A stretch of DNA of 64,000 nt, taken from positions 62,001 through 126,000 of the forward strand of contig CBFDEM010000058.1 of the NCBI GenBank assembly GCA_965603825.1. The letters are read 5' to 3'. The stretch comes from Blepharisma stoltei ATCC 30299. Lineage: Eukaryota > Protista > Ciliophora. Position numbers and translations under genes: made by a program. Below, piece by piece: positions 38,531 to 51,456 of this stretch. Every line of letters begins with the position of its first letter. The stretch's first letter is position 1. A model generated the notes under the pieces. It was not told where the DNA came from. It did no database searches and saw only the letters and a list, made by a program, of their open reading frames with translations.

Positions 38531-38754
38531 ATTATCATCTCATAAAACGATTACTATGAATTTTTTGTTTAAAAATAAAGATGATATTTCTATGCAGGTT
38601 ATTGATAATAAAATAGATTAGTAGGCTTTATTGGATAGGCGGGATTTATTAATTTGTAGATAGCTTAATTAAGATATTTCATTTTTCTATATAAATAGAC
38701 AATAAGCCTTATGCAATTAAAGATTTTATATACCAAAAAATAATAAAATTAGTT

Positions 38755-39399
38755 ATGAGGTTTACAAGTATTGGGAAGAAAATTATTGCAATAAACAGCT
38801 TAGCCTTTGGTTTTGGTGCACTCGAAAACTACTTATATTATGACTTTCTCCCCAGCCTAATCAAACAAAACTTCAAAAGCACAACCCTCCTTGACAAACC
38901 TGAGTACGCTGACCAAGTTCTGATTGTTTTAGACGACCATAAGTTTGTATTTAATCACAGAGGAGGCTCACAAGCTGCAGAAAGTGTCATAATCGACACT
39001 TTTACCAACAATAAAATGATGCGAAGAGCCATTGCATTGCAATGGATCTGCACAGTGACTTGTTCAATAGGATTTTTAAAGCATAGGAAAAGATTTGGCC
39101 TCTTTGCTGGGGCAAGTATTCTGGGGTGTGGACTGTTTTTGTGCCCAATTCTGATGAGCGGGTTTAGGCTTTATTTTTTGAGCGAATTGGTTAGTGAGAA
39201 TAATGAAGAAGTCTGAGAAAATTTAAATGAGGCGAGATTTGCACAAAGAATGGAGGAGTTTACGAGCCTTTGATTTTTGGGGCCAAGATTTGCTGGGCTA
39301 GGGTTAGTCGCAATTTCTACAGCCTATTTCACCCCATTTCTCGGCTTCCTCCTCGGCATGCTCACCCTCGCTACAAACATCCACATGAAGAACTTTTAA
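38755..39399 (+). CDS. hypothetical membrane protein (~214 aa)
   Basis: Track ORF extends through two TGA codons to TAA at 39397-39399; several hydrophobic segments. Confidence 0.6.
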
Positions 39400-39488
39400 C
39401 TAATCCTTTCTTTTTCTCTTTCCCTTTGATTCATATCTTCATCATTGAGCATTCTATTTTTCCCGTTTCTTATAACTTAAAAATACCA

Positions 39489-40895
39489 ATGGAAGAGCTG
39501 AAAGTATCTCAAAGTGACTTCGTCGTCGAAAACCAAGGCAAGCTCCGCGACACATATAGAATCGGTTCCAAGCTCGGTGATGGTGCTTTTGGCAGTGTCC
39601 GAAAAATCACCCACAGAGTAACTGGAGAAATTCGAGCCGTCAAGACAATCCACAAAAAAACCCTGCGAACTGAAGAAGAAAGGCAGACTTTTTTTAACGA
39701 AGTCTCAGTCCTACGTGCTTTAGACCATCCCAATATCCTTAAGCTTTATGAGTTTTTCCAAGACGAAAAGAACTATTATTTGATAACTGAGCTCTGCTCT
39801 GGAGGCGAGTTATTTGATAGAATCATCAATAATGGCTCGTTTTCAGAAGCAACTGCAGCTGAATACTTGAGGCAAATTCTGTCAGTCCTGGCTTATTGCC
39901 ATGAGAGAAATGTAGTTCATAGAGACCTGAAGCCTGAAAACTTCCTTTTGGATACCACAGATCCAGACGCAAATTTAAAAGTCATTGATTTTGGGACTGC
40001 GCAGTTTTTCAGGCCAGGCGAAATTTTGACACAGAAGTTTGGGACACCGTATTATATTGCCCCAGAAGTGCTGAGGAAGCATTATGATGAAAAATGTGAT
40101 GTCTGAAGCGCTGGAGTTAATTTATATATATTTTTAGCTGGGTATCCGCCGTTTGGAGGGAATACGGATGAGCAGATTTTGAGGAAAGTCAGCACTGGGA
40201 GGTTTTCTTTTCCGTCACCGGAATGGGACTCGATAAGTTTTGAAGCAAAAGATTTGATTTCAAAAATGCTGACGATTGAGCCAGGACGAAGAGTTTCTGC
40301 AAGAGATGCACTGAGGCATCCTTGGATGAGTAATGCTCCAAGAGTGCCTATTAATCCAGCACTTGCAAGGACTATTTTTTCTAATCTTCAAAATTTCAGG
40401 GCTGGGAGAAGTTTGCAAAAAGCTACTTTTTCTTTTATAGCTTCACAGTTGTCTACTAAAGAGGAAAAAGAAGAAATGCTCAGTTTATTTAAATCTCTAG
40501 ATACTGATAATAGTGGAACTTTGTCTAGAGCTGAATTAATTGAAGGCTACACTATGCTTTATGGTAACCAAATTGATGATATTCAAGGAGAAGTCGAAAG
40601 AATAATGAGCCAAGTGGATACTGATAAGTCTGGGGAAATTGATTATACTGAATTTATTGCAGCTACTTTGAATAAAAATAGGCTTTTGTCGAGGGAAAGA
40701 CTCGAAGCGGCCTTTAGAGCGTTTGATTTAGATAATAGTGGGACGATTACTGCAGAAGAATTAAAGGTAATTCTGGGAAAACATAATACATATGACGAGG
40801 ATATGTGGCAGGAGATTGTGAATGAGGTAGATTTAAATGGAGATGGGGTTATTGATTTGAGAGAATTCACTGAAATGATGCTAAAACATACATAA
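39489..40895 (+). CDS. calcium-dependent protein kinase (CDPK)
   Basis: GDGAFG, HRDLKPEN, DFG, GTPYYIAPE, CDV(W)SAG with TGA 40104-06, junction domain and four EF-hands. Confidence 0.96.
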
Positions 40896-41124
40896 ATTTA
40901 ATAAAATTATAAAAAGTAATTAATTAGAGAATAAATATATTAATAAAAATAATCTTAAACCATGCTGAATTGATTTTTAAATTATCATTTTTTAACATGA
41001 CTCTTTTTGCAAATATTTAACTATTGCAGCTTTTCCTAAATTATCTCTCTATAGAAAATTAAGACGCCTCGGGCGTGATTAAACTGATTTATTATTATTA
41101 TTATTATCTCTCTATAGAATACGT

Positions 41125-41853
41125 TTATCCTTTCCCAGACCCAAATGCAGTTTCACACGCCATACTTGACAGTTTATTTCTAACTGAATTAATCGCAGTC
41201 TGCTGAGGCTGAGGCTGCTGTATTATATTAGTCTGATTTGACCCTAGCTCATAAGCACTAAAAATATGATCAGTTTCGTCTTTGTTTTCTAGTTCACTTT
41301 CATCATAATTTTCTTCCATATCCACCTCCCCTCCCTTCTTTTCCTGTATCAAAATTGTGATCACGTCACTCCCTTGTGGATGTTCTCTTATAGCTTTTTT
41401 AATCATGCTTTTTCATCTATTTTTTACACTATTTTCTGTCCTCCCAGGTAGCTGTTTTGCAATTTCGCTTCACTTGTTACCGTGGACCCTCTGCTGTTCT
41501 AGTATGAAAATGTCTTCTTCCGCAGTCCAGTTACCTTTTTTTAAATTTGGGTCTACATGGTTATACCATCTTTCCCTGCATTGTCGGCCTTGTCTTACGT
41601 TATTGCCTGCATAAATTATGGAATTAAGTTCTCTAGCTATGGCGCTTCAGACTTTGGTTCCTTTAGATTCTACTATTTTTAGAAGCATCTCGTCTTCTGC
41701 TTCACTTCAGCCTTGCTTTTTTGAAGAAGAATCATCAGAGATCCCTGTGCCCATGGGGATTGCGAGTGGCTGGAATTCATTTTGGTTATAATTTGCTATG
41801 CATGGGACAAGTCAAACGTCGCCTTCTAGATGATAGATTTGAGGGATATTCAT
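41125..41853 (-). CDS. R2R3-MYB transcription factor
   Basis: G(W)SEAEDE..KV(W)SAIA..RQGRQCRERWYNHVDP..WTAEED..GNK(W)SEIAKQLPGRTENSVKNR(W); several conserved MYB Trp residues are TGA-encoded. Confidence 0.92.
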
Positions 41854-41987
41854 CGTTTGATTATTATTATGTATATAAATTTGGCATTATGTTAATATTA
41901 TTTATATGGATGGATTTTGAATTATTTAAAAGAAGATCTTAGATTAAAATATTTTATAACTGCTATAAGCTTATATTTATCCAATTT

Positions 41988-44132
41988 TTAATCCCAATCC
42001 CAGTTATTGATTTCTTCTTTAGATGGCTGGATATTGGTTTTCTCCTGATAAGTGGAGTGCCCTTTAAATGAAAACGAATTTAACGTCATGCCAGCCTTGT
42101 TCATCCCAGGGTTTTTCTTAATTTTCATATTAAAACTTGGTTTCGGCTCCTGATTTGCTGATTCCATGCTCTGGTTTGGAGCTTTGAAATTTTTCCTGAT
42201 CAGTCCTTCTTGTCTTATTTCTGCTGGCCTTTGAGCTTGTGTTGCCGGTCTTTCATTGTAGAACGTCTGAGCACTGATTTCTTCATTTGTTTGAAAATTG
42301 ACTGGTTTTCTTGCTTTATTTGTAGCGGACATTCTTGGTCTGACTTGGACTTCATTTAGTCCAATTTTATCGAAATCGTCAAGAAGGTCCATCATCCCGG
42401 TCTGCGTTTTAAAAGACTCCATAAATCTTGGGTTCGGACTGACGTCTTTATTGAGAGAATCTGATCTTGCAAAAGTAGAGATCATATGCTCTGTATCTGC
42501 TGTACTTTCAGGCCTTGCAGGAGATGACGACTCATTATCAAATTTTAGCTTGCTGGCAGGCTGTTTTTCTTCAAGCCTGTCCCTTCTGATTTTTTTTACG
42601 TCTTCTTTGATTCCTACCGTCAATTTGTATTGGTCTACATAGTCAATTCGGCTATTTTTTTCTGGTGGTCTTTGAATTTTATCTTCTGGTCTTTCTAGGT
42701 CTAAAACAATTTTTTTTTCATAAATGCCTCCTGAGTTTATATAGTCTTGGTGGGTTACTGGGTTTGTGGCGTACTCAGATCTGTCGATTTTGTGCTCAGA
42801 TAATTTTTCGTGGACTCTGACAGGCGAAATTATAGGCTCGTTTGGCTGTCTGGGAGGATAATTAGGCTCTGGATATCTTTCTTCAGCTCGGGTGTTTCGA
42901 GATGGAGAAACTGGGCTTGAGCTTTTTCTTGGGTGCTTTTCTTCAAGGACTTGATAATGTTCAGTAGCTCTGATGGGGGAATCTCGGGTTCTTGTAGGAG
43001 AAATCCTGCTTCCGCTGCTTTTTCGAGGCGCTTGCTCATATTGGGAGTATTCAGGATTTCTCAGCTCAGCGTTTTGGCTCCTTTGTTCGTACTCATCAGG
43101 GGTTTTAGAGCCTGTTCTAATTAATGGCGGAGGTGGCGGTATATTTAAGTCTTCTTCTTGTTGATATTGTTGTGGATAGCCCTGCTGAGGGTATTCTTCT
43201 CTGCCCCTCTCTGCCTGTCTAAACGGATTTTCATTTCTCTCATTATAATTTATAGACCTAAGTTCATTTTCATTTCTATGGCTATCAGCTTCCCTTGCTT
43301 GGGTATAATATTGTCTCGGGTCAGCTTTTTGAGGCTCTTGCTCTCTAGGGTTATCTGACAATTTTCGCTGTGGCATTGGATCTTTTGGGTAATTTTCTTG
43401 AAAAGTTTGAGAATCCTTTCTCTGGTGAACTGGGACAATTGGGGTAATTTCTTTTGCGGCAGGATGTTTTGGGGTTTCTTCAAATATAACTTCGTCAGGG
43501 TGACTCGGGAAGCTTGATTTTTCAGTCATCGACGACCTTCTTGCTAATCCAATGCTATTTTTTTGCTTGTTTTTTAAATTTGGTTCTACTTCTCCTTGAT
43601 TTTCATCAGGATTTGTATTGTTATACTCATTGCCTTGATTTTCAAAAGAGTTTCTTGGAGCCAGGTCTAACCCTTCTTGATGATTTTGCGGTGGTCCTGC
43701 TCCATCTCGAGAAAAGGCAGTCAAATTTTCTGAGGGCAGATTCGCTAATGTCCTTGTTAATAAGGCTTTAAAGGCTATGCATCATTCGCTATGTATAGAT
43801 AATGTATCTGTATGCAATGTATATGTTCTCGTATTGAATTCAACTGAAAACACGAATTTTCAATCAGAAACCATTGTGACTCGAGGGTTAGGGTCAAAGC
43901 CGACTAAATCATTTACACTGTGAGTTTCCACAGGCTTTTTGTCGCCTTCTTTCTTGGTATAAAAAAAGATCCCTGAAGTCAAATTCAAAGTAAACCATCT
44001 CTTAGTGAATTTTGATAAAAATCGGGCTTTCGCTTTGGCACTTTTAAGTTTCTTTAGGTAGGATTGGATTAGCATGGGACCCTAAATGTAGGTTACATTG
44101 TAATTAGGATTCAGGTAAAAACTGGAACTCAT
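41988..44132 (-). CDS. PH-domain protein with long disordered tail
   Basis: SYLKKLK..FTKRWFTL..FFYTK..FSVE..RTYTL..E(W)CIAF; 15-nt intron 44082-44096; in frame with the 578-aa track ORF. Confidence 0.85.
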
Positions 44133-45388
44133 TTTATTATAAAACCGATAAAATTTCAATTAATATGTGGGAGAATGCTGAAAATTGAAATTTTAAAGGG
44201 AAAATGTAGACAGATTGGGAAAAAGAGGGGTAAGAAATAAACAGACAGTAAATTTTGAATTTGTACCAGATTGGTGAATTCCCATTTTCGTGTTGCCAAA
44301 TTTAGCAGCATTTGCTAAGGAGAGAGGATTTTTAGTTTTAAGAGATTTTCACGTATTTTAAGATAGCAAATAAAATATGTTTTGAGTTAATCATTTTAGT
44401 AATTATTATGGATTGGATAATAGAAATGTTCAGTAATGAGCGACATTCAGAACTTTACTCTTGATTATAAAAAGGCCTTTATGCTTATAACATTTGTTTA
44501 ATTTAACAGAAATAATTTTATGCAGCTGGAAATTTGAACAGACTATGAAGGGATGAAATTGAAGAGCTGAATAGGAATATTAGGACCTGCATTGGAGAAA
44601 TTTTAAAGACTAGAATAATTCTAGAGAAACAAGTTGGCTTAAAAAGTGGTGATAACTATAATTTATTTATTATGGTTATATGTGTACTGATGCTTTTAAA
44701 GCACACTCGTATTGCAAATTAAAAAGAATAGATAGTCGTTCCATTTGAAAAGGTCCAAATTCAGAAAATATATAGAATCAAAACCAAATCAAAACGATGT
44801 ATCCCTAATTAATAAATTGATCCCAGATTGTCAAAGATTTGTATTCACTATCATGAAATGGCCTCAAACAATACTAAGATATGATTTAAAAGCAATAAAG
44901 AATTTGCCTAAAAGTGCACACACTAATTTCATAGATCCTTTTTTTCAAGAACAGAAAAGATTTGAAAAATTATCAAGAAAGGAAAGCACATAAAAAACAA
45001 CTTTAACAAAATTTTATTAGATATAATTATAGGGTTTTAAGCTCTTCAAAAGGTATAGCGCTCAAGCCGAAGTAAGTAATTTATTCTTAGTCAAGAAAAC
45101 TTAGATAGAGAGTATTACTTTTGATAAATTATAAATCTATGCATAAAAAGCACGTAGAAGTGATACGCCAAATGATATATTTTCAATTTAGCATCACAGT
45201 TATTTTTTTAAAATTGATTCAATTTTTTTTTTATTGGCAGTTTTATAAAATTATCTTAAAAAGAGTACTTTGCACATGTAATTATACTTTGAATCCTTAA
45301 TTAATTAGAAATTTAGGTTTAACAAGAGGTAAATAAATTTTCCTAGTAAAGAGTTAAATTGTCAGTTTTTGATGCTCATGGTAAATAA

Positions 45389-46159
45389 ATGGTTACTTTG
45401 ATCTCAATTTTTCTCTCAATTCCACTGATAGTCTCAGGGACAATCAGCTATTGCAGTCACGGAACTGATTGGACAGACATCTGCTCTACAGGCTCAAAAC
45501 AATCCCCAATAAACATCGTCACATCGAGTGCCACAAAAAAAGAAAAATCAGAGGGCATTAATTTTAACTTCACATCCCATAAAGTAGAAGGAGAATTCAC
45601 TGACCACAACTTTGAAATTGAGGGAAATTTCGTCGATGGGAAACTAAAAGTCGGCAGTCTTAAGAAGGGTTATGGAGTCCAGTTTCATTTCCATGCTCCA
45701 TCTGAGCATCAGATTGATGGAAATAGCTATGACCTCGAAATGCATGTGGTTCAGAAAGATTCCGCTGGAAATTACCTTTTTGTGGTAGGAATTTTGTTCA
45801 AGAAAGGCAGCAGCAGTAATGACTTTATTGAGAAAGTCATTGATTCAGAAACCGAGGAAACTAAAATTGACCTTACTGACATTCTTGACGACGATTTGGC
45901 GAACTTTTATTATTATGAAGGGTCCTTGACTACTCCTCCATGTACTGAATCAGTAGAGTGGTTTGTGTGGGAAGAAATCCAAGAAATAAGCGAGGAACAG
46001 TTGGAATTTTTCACTTCTAAGTGGGCTGGAACCTCGAGCTTTGGGTGCGGGAATGGAAATAATAGAGCTGTCCAGAATTTGAACTCAAGAACGGTTACTT
46101 ATTATGAAAGCTCTAATCTTCTTGTATTGGGGCTATCAGTAATCGCATTTATCTTTTAG
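45389..46159 (+). CDS. alpha-carbonic anhydrase, secreted and probably GPI- or tail-anchored
   Basis: Signal peptide, C..G.KQSPINI, QFHFH..SEH..EMHVV, YYYEGSLTTPPCTESVEW, NNRAVQ, hydrophobic C-terminus. Confidence 0.95.
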   Translation: MVTLISIFLSIPLIVSGTISYCSHGTDWTDICSTGSKQSPINIVTSSATKKEKSEGINFNFTSHKVEGEFTDHNFEIEGNFVDGKLKVGSLKKGYGVQFHFHAPSEHQIDGNSYDLEMHVVQKDSAGNYLFVVGILFKKGSSSNDFIEKVIDSETEETKIDLTDILDDDLANFYYYEGSLTTPPCTESVEWFVWEEIQEISEEQLEFFTSKWAGTSSFGCGNGNNRAVQNLNSRTVTYYESSNLLVLGLSVIAFIF

Positions 46160-46561
46160 TTAACGAATTTATTAGCTATGATTCATTTTAATATAGCCAT
46201 GAAGGTTAATAAAAGCAATTAAGGCTTTGAAATTAATTATTTTGAAGCATTAATTATGAAAATTTGTATATTTAATCAGCAATAACTTAATTCCTAGTTT
46301 TGACAGAATTAACTATATGATTAACTTATGCATGAGCATTGTAATATTACAGGCGCATTCTTTTCGATAATGGAAACGCTTTCTTATAAAAATAAATTAC
46401 TTTTGACGGTTCATTTCAAAATTGAAAAATCTTATAATTGTAATTAAACATATCAGACTTCTTTCACATTTTGCCGCTTCAGATCATTTCCACAAGCACT
46501 GATGTATTTTTCCTATTTTAATGTTATTTGGCTATTTACTTTATTTAGCAATCAACATAAT

Positions 46562-47791
46562 TTACTCTTGCAATACTCTTGATGTAAATAAATTTCTGCA
46601 AAATACTTCGAATCCTCCAAGAGCAATAATAATCGCTGTCAAATTATCTGAGCTTCTTTTCCTCATACTTTCAGATATCACTGCTTCAACTCCTTTTCGG
46701 CAGGCATTTGAGACCATATTTTCCTCTTCAACACTGCTTTTTCATATAGTTTCAATTACTTCTTTGGTAGATAAAACATCAAAAATTCCATCACAGCCCA
46801 TCATAATGAAATCGTGATCATTTTTTATCTTTAAAGTCCTTATTTCAGGCTGAGAGCTAATAACGTTAGGAATTCCTCCATGCTCTTCTATTTTCGCATT
46901 CAAATCCCCAATAGTCCTACTAACATTTAATCCTCCAGGAAAGATCCTATAGGCTTTATGATCTTTAACGTTCAATTTAGAACTAATATATACTTGGCCT
47001 CCTGCAGCTCTGATTCTATTATGTTCAGCTTCGTCAGCTGGCCTATGGTCACGAGATAAATTATATGTTTCATTCCCTTTTTGCGTACTTAAAATAGCTC
47101 TTGAGTCTCCAACATTTGCAATATAACACTTTTTGCCTACAATTAAGACGACAAGGGGACACGACCCTGAATTATCTCCTTTTAATTTAGCGAGCTCTGT
47201 GAATTTTGCTTCTGCTTTTTCGAAGCCATGAATTATAGCTTTCTTTGGTGATAAAGGGAAATGATGGTTATCAAGAATAAAATGGTGCAAATTCTCTTTT
47301 AAGAAATTGGAACACAAATGACCTCCATGCCCATCATAAAGGCCAAAAAAAGAACAGTCTGGTCAATGCTGATATTTTTCATTTATGTCTTTGTGTTGAA
47401 TTCTAAGGATAATTAAAGCTTTATCTTCATTATAGGTGCGGACAAGCCCTTGATGGGTATTTGCAGCATAGCCTCTTACTTCTCCAAATGAGCCTGTTGA
47501 TACAGTAGAAGGCAGAAGCTTTGGGATTGGCCTTTCTGTAAAATTAAATGTTCTCATTGAATTAGAGGATTTATAGCTTGAGGCTTTTGAGCTCCCTAAC
47601 TCTGGGAAATTAATAGGTTTTTCGCTCTCTATGTTAAAATTAAAGGTATTTTTTCTGAAAAAGTCCATTGCTAATGGGGTTACGGGGCTTGATTTTGCCT
47701 TTTTATTGATAATTGGAAGATTTGAATAAGATTTTGATCTCCTCTTTAGCTCAAAAAGTTGCATTTTAATGTTTCCATTTTTGAGATTCAT
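46562..47791 (-). CDS. protein phosphatase 2C, tandem paralog 1
   Basis: RTYNED, (W)PDCSFFGLYDGHGG, ANVGDSR, LSRDH, VSRTIGD, GCDGIFDV, SSDNLT; TAA at 46562-64. Confidence 0.93.
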
Positions 47792-48226
47792 AGAAGAAGC
47801 GTGGTTCCAATTAAAATGTTGACATAAAATGTTATGTTAATATTTAAATTTTTATATAAGATAATATAATTACCCGAGCAAAATCTAATAGTTAAATTAT
47901 TTCAAAATAATATTATTTCTTAATCTATTTAAGAAAATTATGAAAATTAGGGCATTTTATAGGTAAATTATTAAAAATTACATCAAGGGAATTTCACTAA
48001 TTGCTGAGCATTCATCTGTTTTAAAAGTTTTTATTTATACTAGTAACCATCATTTTGTGAGGAGAATCATTATTTTATTAAGATCTGATAAATAAAATAA
48101 CGAATTTAATAATTTTTAACCTAGATAATCAAAAATATGACAATCAGAAAAAGTTTCTTTAATTTTCATTTTTATCAGAAAATGGTTATATTATCATTTT
48201 ATATCTAAATATTTCATTGTTTATAC

Positions 48227-49402
48227 TTACAATCTTTTAGAATTAAAAAAGCTTTGGCAATTCATTTCAAAACTTGAAAAAGCGATCATTATTGCAGTCA
48301 AATTATCAGAGCTTCTTTTTCTCATACTTTCAGATAGTACTGTTTCCACTCCTTTTCTGCAGGCTTGCGATACATTTTCTTCATCAACTGTGCTTTTCCA
48401 GACTGTTTCAATTGCATCTTTTGAAGACAAAACGTCAAAAATTCCATCACAGCCCATCAGAATAAAGTCGTGATCTTTTTTAATCTTTAAAGTCCTAATA
48501 TCAGGCTGTGAACTGATAACGTTAGGAATCCCTCCAAATTCTGCTAACTTAGCATTTACATCTCCAATTGTTCTGCTTACATTTAGCCCACCTGGAATAA
48601 CTCTGCATGATTTAAAATCTTTAGTTGAACAAAATACTTGTCCACCTGCATTTTTAATTCGATTTTGTTCAATTTCATTAGTAGGCACGTGATCTCTAGA
48701 TAGAGAATAGACCTCTTTGCCTCGTTCTGTGCTCAAAATTGCCCTAGAGTCACCTATATTAGCAATATAGCACATTTTCCCAATAATAAGCACTATAAGA
48801 ACGCATGAGCCTGACTTATCGCCTGTAGATTTTGCAAGATCTATAAATTCAGACTCAGCTTTCGCAAGTCCATGAAAAATAGCTATTTTCGGTAACGAGG
48901 GAAAATGTGGGTCACCTACAATATAATGATGCAGATTATCTCTTAAGAAATTAGAGCACAAATGGCCTCCATGCCCATCATATAAGCCAAAAAAGGAGCA
49001 GTCAGGTCATTTTTGTTCCCCACTTGAAACTTGATTTTTTATTTTTAGTATAATAACAGCTTTATCTTCGTTATAAGTACGGGAAATTCCTTGATGAGTA
49101 TTAACAGCATAAGCTTTTACTTTCCCACACGAATTGTTAGAAATGTTGGATGGGAGTAGTCTTGGGATGGATATTTCTATGGAGCTGCTGGTCTCAGCTG
49201 GACTGTGGTCTTCACTTTTATGCCTAAAAGTCGTAATTTTTGGTAATCGTAAAGTATCGTAACCTGAAACTAGCTGAGAAAATGTAGTCTTTTTGACTGA
49301 TTCCACTGGTGAAAGGAGAGCTGGAGATAATTCCCCTTTCGTCTTTAGGAAAGGGAACACTGAATAAGAGTTAGATTTTCTATTGTGCTTGGTATTGTTC
49401 AT
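48227..49402 (-). CDS. protein phosphatase 2C, tandem paralog 2
   Basis: Same PP2C motifs; TGA 49007-09 read as Trp joins the two track ORFs. Confidence 0.93.
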
Positions 49403-50199
49403 TCAATTAGTTTGAATTTTAATAATTATTGATTTGGCCATCAAAGAATAACATAAAAAAAAGAAACTAACTTTTACTGAATATTTTAGATTTTAGTATA
49501 GAAGAAATAATTTTTCATTGCTATCGAGCTCGAAAATTATTATTAAAAATTAAATAATTGTAGTAAAATGCAAATTTCTAGAAAATTCCACCCGATCCAC
49601 TTTTCCTAATAATGGTATATTCTTTAATATAAGTTAATATGTCCTGATGTGATTATATAAATATTATTTAGCTAAAAGAATCTCGTTATTTTGCAAAATC
49701 GTTTACTTCTGGATAGATTTATAGTCTAGTATAATCAAAAGTGGCGATAGAAAATATCAATTTTATTTACTTTAATAGGAAAGGCTGTAGAATTATAAAT
49801 TCTTTGCATTAATTTGTTTATTGCTCGCTTTGTGACATAATTCTTGAGATAAATAAAAGCTGCTTTGATCAATTTACGCAGAGAAATCAATTTTCTTACC
49901 GTAATCCAAGTAATTCTGTAGATTTGCCATAGATATTTCCTAAGGAAATATCAAATAACTAATGAGAGTACGTAGCCTTTAACTATATTTTAAAAACATT
50001 AACAAATAGATAAAATAGTAATTAGCATGCTTTGCAAAGGTTTTAAGTTCCAGTTATTTTTATTTTTCTAATCAAATTCTTACAAAAAAATGCTTCGGCC
50101 TTATTTAATAGACAAAATCGGGTAATTTATTTACCTTAATTAATTCTTTTTATATTTTATAACAGCTTCGTCATTTTATAAATAAAAAGAGTGACCTAT

Positions 50200-51168
50200 A
50201 TGCTAGAATTCATTGTTGAGCTTTTTGAATTTTTAGAAAAAAGAAGCAAGCCCTCTGAAAAAGGCAACAAAAATTTTCACATATCTCAAGGTGTGACAGA
50301 ACAGCTGAAAAAGCAGCTTAATACTAAGAAAAATGCGCGAACAGAAGCAAATAGACTGCTTATAGCAGAGATTACAGAAATAATTGAAGGATGTGAGCCA
50401 CTTTTACTTGAAAAGTGGTATATAGAAATCAATTTAGCAAAAAACAATATAAAAATCCCTTCGAAAAAGACTGGTTATGATTTCAAAATTCTGATGAGTT
50501 CCTTGATGAGCGCAAGCCTACTATTTCCTTCAGCTTATGCAGCTCAAACCTCAATAAAAATTGGTGATCTTCAATCTTTTTCAAGAAATTCTCTGTGGGA
50601 ATTATCAGTTTCTCGAAATGAAATTTTGAAATTCCCACAAAGCCCTATTGAGGTACAATTTCCAGAAGGAAATTTAAAGGCTTATGTAGAATATTTAGGA
50701 AGCCCAGCCAAGCCAAAGATTTCACCTCAGCAGCTAGGGAGCAGACCAAGGTTGGTTTCTATTGGAGACGAACTGGATTTTAAAGAGTCTCAAAAACCTC
50801 TTAAAATTCACCAGTCGTTACAAAGCACAGAAACATCCCAAAAATTCCAAAATAAAGAAAATAGCCGATTTTTATCCCTAATTGAATCAGAGAGCTTTTA
50901 TGATGAAAATGAGATTGGGTTTAAGCCGATTTCTAGTGTTCTTTTTACAGAAGAGCTACAAATTGAGTCAGATGAAGAAATTAATGAATTTGAGACAGCA
51001 GAAGAAATTAATGAAGGGGAAATGCAAAATGACTCAAAAATTTCAGTTTATTGGAAAAAATGTGACGAGGTATTAAATTTGAAATTATTCAATGGGAATG
51101 AAAATTCGAATATTCTGGCGAGGGAGCTTGTATATAGCTGGAAGAATAAAAAATCAGAAATAAAATAG
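50200..51168 (+). CDS. putative ATG13-like HORMA-domain protein
   Basis: LLLEKWYIEI..YDFKILMSSL..LLFPSAY..GNLKAYVEY resembles the Atg13 N-terminal HORMA pattern; acidic disordered tail. Confidence 0.5.
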   Translation: MLEFIVELFEFLEKRSKPSEKGNKNFHISQGVTEQLKKQLNTKKNARTEANRLLIAEITEIIEGCEPLLLEKWYIEINLAKNNIKIPSKKTGYDFKILMSSLMSASLLFPSAYAAQTSIKIGDLQSFSRNSLWELSVSRNEILKFPQSPIEVQFPEGNLKAYVEYLGSPAKPKISPQQLGSRPRLVSIGDELDFKESQKPLKIHQSLQSTETSQKFQNKENSRFLSLIESESFYDENEIGFKPISSVLFTEELQIESDEEINEFETAEEINEGEMQNDSKISVYWKKCDEVLNLKLFNGNENSNILARELVYSWKNKKSEIK

Positions 51169-51456
51169 GAGATGTAATTGTTATGTAAAATAAATTAAAT
51201 TTATTATTAATCTTGATTTCTTATTAAAAAAGTTTGAAAATAATAATTAAACCTCAAAATGTTTTAATAATTAGTGTAGCTTTTTGATCAAATATTCACA
51301 AAATCGTACACAAAATAACTCATTATCAACATAAAACACTGCTAAATAGACATTAAACTTATAATAGCACTATAAACCCCTATATATTTTCAAATCTTTT
51401 GTTGAAATGGCACATTGATATTAAATTCTAATCAAATTCATTATGAATATTTAAAT

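Noticed and set aside
39270-39488. N-terminal extension of the CDPK given in the ORF track
   Set aside because: It starts at TTG and overlaps the upstream gene; ATG 39489 after a short AT-rich spacer is the likely start
44500-44993. Coding-like stretch with an 82-aa ORF
   Set aside because: TTG start, stops upstream and no recognisable domain; possibly a decayed gene but not supportable
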